A DNA stretch of 64,000 nt, from contig CAWCPV010000005.1 in assembly GCA_963797555.1 (NCBI GenBank), positions 224,001 through 288,000 of the forward strand, given 5' to 3'. The position numbers and the translations under genes were made by a program. The notes beneath the pieces are model-generated. The model searched no databases and had not been told where the DNA came from. It saw only the letters and a program-made list of their open reading frames with translations. This DNA is from an uncultured Gammaproteobacteria bacterium. Lineage in GTDB: Bacteria; Pseudomonadota; Gammaproteobacteria; CAWCPV01. This document shows, piece after piece, positions 48,518-56,804 of the stretch; within the stretch, counting starts at the first letter, position 1, and each line of letters starts with the position of its first letter.

Positions 48518-49228
48518 ATGACGCGCAGCATCCTGGTGGTGGAGGACGACCGGGACATTGCCAACCTCCTGAGGATCCACCTGCAGGATCTGGGGCATGC
48601 CGTCGACCTCGCCTACGACGGACGTACCGGGCTGGCGCGCGCCGAGGCCAAACCCTACGACCTGGTCATCCTGGACCTGATGCTCCCCGGGCTGGAGGGG
48701 CTCGAGGTCTGCCGGCAGTTGCGGGCGCGCCAGATCTATACCCCCATCCTCATGCTGACCGCCAAGTCCTCCGAGATCGACCGCGTGCTCGGCTTGGAGA
48801 TGGGCGCCGACGACTACCTCACCAAGCCATTCAGCATCCGGGAGCTGCTGGCACGCGTGAAGGCCATCCTGCGCCGCGCCGACCTCCTGGCGGCGCAGGC
48901 CGCCCAGAACACCAAGACCGTGGACGCCGGTGACCTCTTCATCGACATGGACAAGCGCACCGTAACCGTGAAGGGTGCGCCCGTGGATCTCACACCCAGG
49001 GAGTTCGACCTGCTCGCGCACTTTGCTCAGCATCCCGGCCGGGTCTACTCGCGAGAGCAGTTGTTGAACCAGGTCTGGGGGTATGGGCACGAGGGCTACG
49101 AGCACACCGTCAATACCCACATCAATCGCCTGCGCACGAAAATCGAGAACGACCCGGCACGGCCGCGCTACATCCTGACGGTGTGGGGCGTGGGCTACAA
49201 GTTCTCCGAGGCGGAGAGGCAGGGCTGA
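48518..49228 (+). CDS. OmpR/PhoB-family response regulator
   Basis: VVEDD, LDLMLP, GADDYLTKPF, LTPREFDLL, TVWGVGYKF. Confidence 0.95.
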   Translation: MTRSILVVEDDRDIANLLRIHLQDLGHAVDLAYDGRTGLARAEAKPYDLVILDLMLPGLEGLEVCRQLRARQIYTPILMLTAKSSEIDRVLGLEMGADDYLTKPFSIRELLARVKAILRRADLLAAQAAQNTKTVDAGDLFIDMDKRTVTVKGAPVDLTPREFDLLAHFAQHPGRVYSREQLLNQVWGYGHEGYEHTVNTHINRLRTKIENDPARPRYILTVWGVGYKFSEAERQG

Positions 49229-49333
49229 GAGCCTGTGAACAGGTCTGCTGCCTGTCTACCGCATAGGTCTCGTAGCTGCGCTCCGCGCGCCTTGCTCTCG
49301 GGCCGCTCGCGACGATTTCTTCACCAGCTCTGA
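49226..49333. repeat. Palindromic MITE-like element, copy 2 (102 bp between TGA direct repeats)
   Basis: Shares GCGCCTTGCTCTCGGGCCGCTCGCGACGATTTCTTCAC with copy 1 and is 39 bp shorter. The left TGA is the regulator's stop codon. Confidence 0.88.
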
Positions 49334-49342
49334 GTCGGTCCG

Positions 49343-50821
49343 ATGCTTAGAACCCTTTACAGCCGCCTGGCGGCCGTTCTGTTGGGGCTCTGTGCCGTCA
49401 CGGGCCTGCTCTTCCTCGCGGTCTTCTGGGTGCTGATGGACCTGCATCAGCAGGAGGTTACCCAGCGGCTGAACAGCCACCTCGCCGAACACCTCGTGAG
49501 CGAGAACCTGGTTCCCGGAAGTCAGGCCATCAAACGTGAGGCCCTGGAGCGGATGCTCGACATGCTCATGAACATCCATCCCGGCATCGAGATCTACCTC
49601 CTCGATGCGCAAGGCAATGTAGTGGGCTTCTCGGGGGAGCCCGGGGATGTCCGCGGCCGCAGGGTGGACCTGCGGCCGGTGCGCGCCTTTCTCTCCGGGG
49701 CGACAGCTCTCCCCATCCGGGGCGATGACCCCCGCGACCCCGACCGCAGGAAGATCTTCTCGGCAGCGCGCGCGACCGACCAGGATAAGAGGCCGGGGTA
49801 CCTGTACGTCATCCTCGGTGGGAAGCAATACGACAGCGCCGCCCAGAGCAGCAGAGCCAGCTACATCTTTAGGCTGAGCGCTTGGACGGTAGGAGCAAGC
49901 GTCCTGTTCGCCGCGCTGGGGGGTCTGTTCTTGTTCAACGCTCTGACCCGGCGCGTGCGCCGGCTAGCGATGGCGATGAGCGCGTTCCAGGCCGGCAAGC
50001 TGAACGAGCGCGTCGAGTTTGCGGAGGAGGCCAAACAGCGGGGTGACGAGCTGAGCCGGCTCGGCGCCGCCTTCAATGAGATGGCGGAGAAGCTCGTCGA
50101 GCAGATGCAGACCCTGGAGCAGACGGACCGCATGCGTCGCGAGCTGGTCGCCAACGTGTCGCATGATCTGCGCACACCGCTGGCCTCTCTGCAAGGCTAT
50201 CTCGAGACGCTCCTCCTGAAGGACGACGCGCTGCCGGAGCAGGAGCGGCGCAGCTACCTGGAGGTGGCCCTGAAGCACACCGAGCGTCTGGGAAAGCTGG
50301 TGGCGGAGTTGGTGGACTTGGCCAAGCTGGATGCCGGGGATCGGGAGATCCAGTGGGAGCCCGTTTCGCTGGGCGAGCTCGTCCAGGACATCGTTCAGAA
50401 GTTCCAGCTTGCCGCCGAGTCCAGGAGCATCCGCCTGGAGGCGTCGTTCAGCGAAGATGTTCCCTTCGTGCTCGGGGATATCGGCCTTATCGAGCGCGTG
50501 TTCGAGAATCTTATCGAGAACGCTCTGCGACACACCCCACCGGGCGGTGTGGTCAGAGTCACGCTGACTCCGGCGCAGGATCGCGTGACGGTCCAAGTGG
50601 CCGACACGGGCGAGGGGATTCCCGCCGAGAAGATTGCACGCGTGTTCGATCGCTTCTATCAAGTGGAGAAGAACGAAAAGGAGAAATCGGGTCGGGCGGG
50701 TCTGGGTCTCGCCATTGCCAGGCGCGTCGTGGAACTCCACGGAGGAACCATCCGGGCGGAGAACAGAATGCAGGGCGGCACCACCTTCTTCTTCAGCTTC
50801 CCCGCGCATGTCTTGGACTGA
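49343..50821 (+). CDS. HAMP-domain sensor histidine kinase
   Basis: Two TM segments, NVSHDLRTPL, ENALRH, DTGEGI, GLGLAI. Confidence 0.95.
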   Translation: MLRTLYSRLAAVLLGLCAVTGLLFLAVFWVLMDLHQQEVTQRLNSHLAEHLVSENLVPGSQAIKREALERMLDMLMNIHPGIEIYLLDAQGNVVGFSGEPGDVRGRRVDLRPVRAFLSGATALPIRGDDPRDPDRRKIFSAARATDQDKRPGYLYVILGGKQYDSAAQSSRASYIFRLSAWTVGASVLFAALGGLFLFNALTRRVRRLAMAMSAFQAGKLNERVEFAEEAKQRGDELSRLGAAFNEMAEKLVEQMQTLEQTDRMRRELVANVSHDLRTPLASLQGYLETLLLKDDALPEQERRSYLEVALKHTERLGKLVAELVDLAKLDAGDREIQWEPVSLGELVQDIVQKFQLAAESRSIRLEASFSEDVPFVLGDIGLIERVFENLIENALRHTPPGGVVRVTLTPAQDRVTVQVADTGEGIPAEKIARVFDRFYQVEKNEKEKSGRAGLGLAIARRVVELHGGTIRAENRMQGGTTFFFSFPAHVLD

Positions 50822-50860
50822 CGACCGTTGCGCAGCTCCGAAGGCTCCCAGCGTTCGACC

Positions 50861-50876
50861 TTAGGGATTTCCCTAA
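50861..50876. promoter_or_regulatory. Inverted repeat, candidate transcription-factor site
   Basis: TTAGGG-ATTT-CCCTAA in the intergenic region upstream of the PAS sensor gene. Confidence 0.4.
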
Positions 50877-51099
50877 CGGAGGACTCGCCACGATAAGCTA
50901 TGCTATGGGTCCATGGGGGTCCCTGGTGTGCCTATCCTCGTTCGCGTACCTGCGAGCGCGAACCGTCGTCGTCCGTCCTCCGCAGACGGTGACGGCACAT
51001 GTCCGTCGGGAGGTGGACGGGCTGCCCGTTCTCCCCGACAACCCCGCTCCACGCGCGGCCCCTCCAGCGGCGAATGCTTCACGGTCCGGATAGATTGAC

Positions 51100-53040
51100 G
51101 TGAGCTTGCGAATCAAGACCTCGCTCGCCTTGGTCCTCGCGGGCCTGTCGGCGGCTGTTTTCCTCGTCGGAGTCTGGCTGCCGGGCGCGGTGAAGCGCGC
51201 GGAGTCGCTCGATGACCAGCAGTTGGTCCGGGAGCTGTCTGCCCTTTCCGCCGGTCTATTCGTGACGCCGGCGGACGATCAGTGGGGGCCAGTCCGCCGG
51301 CGCCTGGCTCAGGCCCTCGCGGACCACCCGCACTGGGTGCGCATTTGGCTCTCGAACGGGGCAAGCGCCGCGCTCACCTTGCCAGACAACCGCGGTGCCG
51401 GCCCGCCAGAACGGGCTGGAGGCACTACAGTGTTCAGGCAGCCGCTCCAACTGGCCGATGGACAGAGGGGCGAGCTGGTGGTCGAGGGGGATCCCGCCGA
51501 GCGCCACGCCGCATTCCGGGCGGAGCACCTCAGGCAAGGGGTTTGGGGACTTTCCGGCGTCGCCCTGCTACTGGCCATCATTGCCGCAGGCCTGGAACTG
51601 GTGATCCACCGCCCCATCGCCCGTGCGGCACGCGCTGCGGAACGGCTTCAGAAAGGCGATCTGGACGTGCGCCTGCCCAGTTTCGGTGGCGGTGAGATAG
51701 GCCGGCTGGTGGAGGCGGTGACAGGTCTCCGCGACCGGCTGCAGGGCTGCGAAGGGCGGCTGCGCTCCGAGGTGAGCGACCGCGAGCAGATCCTTCAGGC
51801 CCTGCGCGAGAGTGAGCAGCGGTATGCGCTGGCAATCAGAGGGGCGAACGATGGGCTCTGGGAATGGAACCTCCAGACCGAGGAGGTTTACTACTCGCCG
51901 CGCTGGAAGAGCATGCTGGGCTATGGGGAGGACGAGGTCGGATCCTCTCCCGAGGAGTGGCGCGCGCGAGTCCACCCGGACGACCTGCCTAGAGTCTTGG
52001 CGGACGTGCAGAGGCACCTTTCGGGGGCCTCTCCCCGTTACGAGAACGAGCACCGGCTGCGGCACAAGGACGGCAGCTATCGCTGGGTCCTGGCGCGCGG
52101 TACGGCTATCCGAAATGCGGCGGGCCGGCCTTACCGCATGCTGGGCTTGCATACGGACGTCAGCGATCGCAAGCGCGCCGAAGAGGTGCTATGGCTGGTG
52201 GCGGAGGCGACCTCCCCCTTTTCGGGGGAGCCGTTCTTCTACGCTCTGGTGAGGAACTTCGCCCGTGCCTTGCAGGTACACCTCGCCTTCGTGACCGAGT
52301 GCGTGGACTATCCGATCACGCGGGTGCGCACGCTCGCCTATTGGACCGGAAGCGATTTTGGCTCGAATATGGAGTTCGAGCTTGCCGGCACGCCCTGTGA
52401 GGACGTCATCGCCGGCGGCAAGCTCTGCTATTGGCCGAGCGGCATCTTGGAGCGCTACCCCAAAGAGCGCCCGACGGGCATGGACAGTTACCTGGGCGTG
52501 CCGATTTTCGACTCTTCCGGAGACAAGATCATCGGGCACCTCGCGTTCATGGACCGCAATCCCATACCCGATACCCTGCTCACGACGCCCATTTTTCGGA
52601 TCTTCGCCGCGCGCGCCAGTCTGGAGCTCGAGCGCCTGCGCGTGGAGCGGCAACTGCGGTGCGAACGTAGTCGCCTCCAAGCCGCCCTGGAGATGATCCC
52701 GGACGGCATCATCGCCACCGATATCGACGGGCTGGTCGAGTGCATCAACCCGGCTGCGGAACGCCTCACCGGGTGGATCGAGAAGGAGGCGCGTGGCCAA
52801 TTGCTCGACGCGGTGTTACAGACCTGCGACATCGCGACGCGAGATCCGCGACCCCCAGGCCGACCGCTGCGCCGTTCCGAGGTTCCGGACGACCCGCCGC
52901 CGCTGCTGCTGGTCGCCAGGGATGGCCGCGAGAAGGTCATCGAGCGCTCGTTGTCTTCGGTGCACGACGAACGCGGCCAGGTGACAGGAATGCTCGTGGT
53001 ATTCCGCGCGGCCGAGAAGGCTCGACTCTCGGCGGCCTGA
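51100..53040 (+). CDS. Membrane sensor with HAMP-PAS-GAF-PAS and no output domain
   Basis: Two TM segments, HAMP, GANDGLWEWN..VHPDD PAS, GTPCEDV..SYLGVP GAF, final PAS ending LVVFR. Confidence 0.8.
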   Translation: MSLRIKTSLALVLAGLSAAVFLVGVWLPGAVKRAESLDDQQLVRELSALSAGLFVTPADDQWGPVRRRLAQALADHPHWVRIWLSNGASAALTLPDNRGAGPPERAGGTTVFRQPLQLADGQRGELVVEGDPAERHAAFRAEHLRQGVWGLSGVALLLAIIAAGLELVIHRPIARAARAAERLQKGDLDVRLPSFGGGEIGRLVEAVTGLRDRLQGCEGRLRSEVSDREQILQALRESEQRYALAIRGANDGLWEWNLQTEEVYYSPRWKSMLGYGEDEVGSSPEEWRARVHPDDLPRVLADVQRHLSGASPRYENEHRLRHKDGSYRWVLARGTAIRNAAGRPYRMLGLHTDVSDRKRAEEVLWLVAEATSPFSGEPFFYALVRNFARALQVHLAFVTECVDYPITRVRTLAYWTGSDFGSNMEFELAGTPCEDVIAGGKLCYWPSGILERYPKERPTGMDSYLGVPIFDSSGDKIIGHLAFMDRNPIPDTLLTTPIFRIFAARASLELERLRVERQLRCERSRLQAALEMIPDGIIATDIDGLVECINPAAERLTGWIEKEARGQLLDAVLQTCDIATRDPRPPGRPLRRSEVPDDPPPLLLVARDGREKVIERSLSSVHDERGQVTGMLVVFRAAEKARLSAA

Positions 53041-53428
53041 TACCGCCGACCCGCCGGCCCGTGCCGACGCCCGTCCGGCTGATTTCCCTCCCCGGATTGT
53101 CGCATTGCCGCTTCTGGATCACTGGCTTATCCAGAGCGCGTAGGATGCGGTGAACGAAGGGAACCGCATCGCTCGGGTTATTCCCCTGCCGCAATACTCG
53201 GGCCGCGCTCGCCACCCCAATCCTGGGGGCAGACCCCTCGCTGCTTGAACGCATGGAAACTGGAATGAGGCCAGGCTGGTGCCCGCCAAACGCCGAACCC
53301 GTCCGTTAGCGCGTTCCAATGGACTTAATCCACGTGCCCGTTGAAGTCGCCCTGATTACGGATGAGATGTTCCCAAGAACACCGCCGCCATAGACCATGC
53401 CATTACACACAGCTCCCGGTCTCGGTTT

Positions 53429-53524
53429 GTCATTCCGGCGGGGAAGCCGGAATCCAAAGGCCACGGACGGCATGGCTCGGCATCCTTGCCCCCTGGATTC
53501 CGTACACTCCCTATACGGAATGAC
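53429..53524. repeat. Inverted pair of REP-like palindromes (REPIN-like)
   Basis: GTCATTCCGGCGGGGAAGCCGGAATCC ... GGATTCCGTACACTCCCTATACGGAATGAC. Confidence 0.7.
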
Positions 53525-53679
53525 GAGATGTGTGTAAGCGGATGGCCCTAGACCGCGTCCGCCCTGCTTGGCGCAGCTTTGCGAAACGCGCTCGCCTCTT
53601 TCGATAGCACCCACCCCATGATGGCCGGCTTCCAAAGCGGAAGGCGCCACGTTTCGCGCGGCAAGGGGTCGTCGGCTAA

Positions 53680-54444
53680 TCACTCCTCCTTCAGACGGAC
53701 TTTGTAATTGCCCCGGCTCTCGTCGTACTCGAGATCGATCGCGCCCTGGGTCTCTGCGGCTTTCAGCAGGTCGGCGAAGGATCGATAACCGTAATACGCC
53801 TCGCTGAATCCTGGATGGACCCGTCGGATGGTCTGCTTCACCAGCGAGCCCCACAGCGGGTCGTAGTCTTGCTCCAACGAGCGCACGATCTCCGTGAGCC
53901 GCTCCATCGCCTCCTGCTGCTTGTCCGTTTCCTTTTTGCCCGCCCGTTTCCTGGCCGGGAGCTGTTTCTTCGGCGACGCGCACCAGGTCGTCGTAGTAGA
54001 TGAACTCGTCGCAGCTCGCAATCAGCAGGTCGGAGGTGGAACTCTTCACGCCGCAGCCGATGACGCGCTTGTTGTTCTCCTTCAGCTTGGAGACCAGCGG
54101 CGAGAAGTCGCTGTCGCCGGAGAGCAGCGCGAAGATGTCGATGTGCTGCTTGGAATAGCAGAGGTCCAGGGCATCCACCACCATGTGGATGTCGGCGCTG
54201 TTCTTGCCGCTCGCCTTGCTCTGCGGGATGTCGATCATCTCGATCCCCTGCGCGTGGAACTCGCGCACCGCGTCGCGGTAATGGCTCCAGTCGCAGTAGG
54301 CCCGCTTGTAGACGATGCGGCCCTTCTCGAGCAGCCGCTTGAGGACGAGTCTCGATCTGGAAGTCGCCGCCAGTTCATGTCCCGTACGCCCATGGCGAGG
54401 TTCTCGAAGTCGACGAAGACGGCGATCAGCGGTTCGTCGGCCAT
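53680..54444 (-). CDS. NYN (LabA/DUF88) domain protein with C-terminal OST-HTH/LOTUS domain; several apparent frameshifts
   Basis: VFVDFEN, GKNSADIHMVVDA, SGDSDFSPL, CDEFIYYD, PGFSEAYYGYRSFADLL spread over different frames. Confidence 0.85.
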
Positions 54445-54849
54445 GCTACCTCCCGCGTTTGCGGCCTATAGTCTACCCGAGCGCGGTGGAAAGCGCGCTC
54501 GCTGTCGCATCCGCGGCCAGCGGGCGCGCCGGCGACTGCAGCCGCCCTCGCGCTACCTCAGAAACGGATGTAGGCGTGGAGGTCCTTGGCCGTGACGCTT
54601 ATGGACTCGCGGAACTCCAGCAGACCACGCACGTAGTAGAGCGCCTTGCCGATTCCGGCATCCTGGCGCGCCTGCGAAAGCGCGCAAACAGCACGGTGGA
54701 AGTCCGTGTGGTGGGTGCGGACGTCGTGCTCCACTCTCCGGAGCATAAGCACGACACGCCGGCTCAGAGACGCACAGGCACGGGGTCGAAACAGCGCATC
54801 TTCCCAGACCGTCCGATTGACGCGCGACGTCCGACCATTCAACGCGGAT

Positions 54850-55025
54850 CGGTCCAGGTATCGCTTTTCCATCTCTTCCTGCGATGTTATCTTGCCCTCC
54901 TCCGCCGTCTGTAGCGAGCGCGCCAGCTTCTGGCGCACGTAGAGCGCGTGCATGGCGTCGTCAAAGGTGGCCTGTTCCGGTAGGCGGTCGGCGATATCGT
55001 GGACGATTTGCTTGACGGTCTGCAT
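54850..55025 (-). pseudogene. Putative type II antitoxin (ParD-like), stop lost and cognate toxin absent
   Basis: MQTVKQIVHDIADRLPEQATFDDAMHALYVRQKLARSL..EEGKITSQEEMEKR, followed by IRVEWSDVAR, which resembles a RelE/ParE start. Confidence 0.55.
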
Positions 55026-55029
55026 GATG

Positions 55030-55297
55030 ATGTGTCCTCTCGAGCAGCGAGCCACTGCTTGGCCACTGCCCCCTGACACTTCGGACAGTGACGGTTGCGG
55101 CAGGAGTTGTAGGCGATCTGGGTGTGGCCGCAATCCGGACACTGCTCGATGTGAGCGCCGAGTGCGGCGGTGCGGCACTGGGTGATCGCCGACATCACCT
55201 GGAGCTGCCCCAGGCTCAGGTGCCCGGCGTGCTCCCGGCGCCACGCCGGTCCGTGGTCGCGGAAGATGTCCGCGACCTCCAAGGCCTGCCGCGGCAC
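55030..55297 (-). pseudogene. IS91-like (Y2) transposase, N-terminal zinc-binding domain only
   Basis: EVADIFRDHG, CRTAALG, CPDCG, YNSCRNRHCPKCQ, WLAARE, then a break. Confidence 0.88.
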
Positions 55298-55300
55298 GGC

Positions 55301-56167
55301 TCAGGCGCGCGGCGGATCTTTTGGGGTCAGCCGCTCCAGGGGACTGGTGACCTCACGCAGGGTGCGCGTGGCCACCTGGGCATAGAGCGCGGTGGTCTCC
55401 AGCTTCTTGTGCCCAAGCAGCACCTGGATGACACGGATGTCCTCCTTGTGCTCGAGCAGATGGGTGGCGAAGCTATGTCTGAGAGTATGCAGCGACACCC
55501 GCTTGTGGATCTGAGCCTCCTGCACTGCGGCATGGCAGGCGCGGTTGAGCTGGCGGGTCGACATCGGATCGAGCGGGTCCTGGCCGGGGAAGAGCCAGCC
55601 GTGGGGCAGCATCTTGCCGTGCGCGTGTGCCTCACGCCACCCTTGGCGCAGCAGCGCGAGCAAGGTCGGGGAGAGCATCACGTAGCGGTCCTTGCGCCCT
55701 TTGCCTTGCTCAACCCGGATCACCCTCCGCTCGCTGTCGATGTCGTCGAGCTTGAGTGCGACGACCTCGGAGGCACGTAGCGCCGCCTTGTACTTCAGCC
55801 CCGGCGCCGCCTCCAGCAGGCGCATGACCTCCTCGGGGCTCAAGATCACCGGGAGCTTGCGCGGCACCTGCACATGGCTCATCTTCGCCATCAGCTCGCC
55901 ACGCCCGAGGGTCACCTCGAAGAAAAACCGCAGCGCCGTCACCGCCGCATTCAGGCTGATCTGGGAAACAGCGCTCTCGGTCAAGTGCAGCTGGTAGCGG
56001 CGCAGCTCCTCCGCTGTCGCTGTATCGGGGGAACGTCCAAGGAAGGCGGCGAAGTGCTTTACCCAGCGGATATAGCCGCTCTGGGTCTTCTCTGCGAGCT
56101 TACGCAGGCGCATGTCCTCGATCATGCGCTGACGCAACGGGCTCACCGGTCTATGCTCGATACTCAT
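55301..56167 (-). CDS. Tyrosine recombinase associated with the IS91-like transposase; short in-frame deletion before the catalytic Arg
   Basis: SPLRQRMIEDM, SAM-like N-domain, RASEV, GKGRKDR, HTLRHSFATHLLE, LLGHK, TALY. Confidence 0.9.
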   Translation of the reverse strand: MSIEHRPVSPLRQRMIEDMRLRKLAEKTQSGYIRWVKHFAAFLGRSPDTATAEELRRYQLHLTESAVSQISLNAAVTALRFFFEVTLGRGELMAKMSHVQVPRKLPVILSPEEVMRLLEAAPGLKYKAALRASEVVALKLDDIDSERRVIRVEQGKGRKDRYVMLSPTLLALLRQGWREAHAHGKMLPHGWLFPGQDPLDPMSTRQLNRACHAAVQEAQIHKRVSLHTLRHSFATHLLEHKEDIRVIQVLLGHKKLETTALYAQVATRTLREVTSPLERLTPKDPPRA

Positions 56168-56430
56168 GGGTCTGCTCCTGCTGTGAGGTTGAGGGGGACT
56201 GCACCTCAAACCTCTAGACCGGACAGACCCATCCCGCTAATCCATCAACTTCGCGCGAGCCCACCTCCCCCTACCGCGCGAGCGGTTTAGTCCTCTGACC
56301 CACAACGGCCATTCGAGTCCGAGACGGCGTCGGCAGCAATCTGACGCAGAGTGGACATACACATGCGTGCATCCCGCGGAACGCAAAAAAAGCGTCCAGG
56401 CCTGCTTAACGAAGATAGCCCGTGCGGCCC

Positions 56431-56474
56431 CTAAGAGTAGGGGAGGCCGACCTCTAAGAGTAGGGGAGGCCGAC
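56431..56474. repeat. Perfect 21-bp direct repeat x2
   Basis: CTAAGAGTAGGGGAGGCCGAC at 56431 and 56454. Confidence 0.85.
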
Positions 56475-56804
56475 GAACCCCCGCCTTCGACCCGACAGAA
56501 GCTCAGCCGCAGCTTGACCAGACGGTGACCGGATATAGTATCCACAGCCGCGCCCCTCCGCCGGCTGGTACGGTAGCGCACGCGCTGGGCTCTACAAGAG
56601 ACGCCCCCACTCCGCGTCGCCGCCGAGGCTGTCCCCAAGAGGCTGCCCGAGCGCCCAAACCCGCCCTCCCGGCCTGTCCCCTCGCCCTGCACCACAGGAC
56701 TGTTCTTCCTTCACTGTAGAGCCGGGGCGGTGATCCGCGCGTGCGGTTCAGCAGCTTCTCACCGCCGTACCTCGACGCGCCATTTGAAGGGTGCTCGGCC
56801 GGCT

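Noticed and set aside
54558-54850. PIN/VapC toxin downstream of the antitoxin
   Set aside because: The acidic catalytic residues cannot be placed and the similarity is too weak to call.
55301-56167. Integron integrase for the cassette array
   Set aside because: It lacks the IntI-specific insertion, is paired with an IS91-like transposase, and lies about 10 kb away.
56300-56340. tRNA 3' fragment (TTCGAGTCC)
   Set aside because: No T-stem pairing, acceptor stem or CCA.
56431-56474. CRISPR array
   Set aside because: Only two units with a 2-bp spacer and no cas genes.
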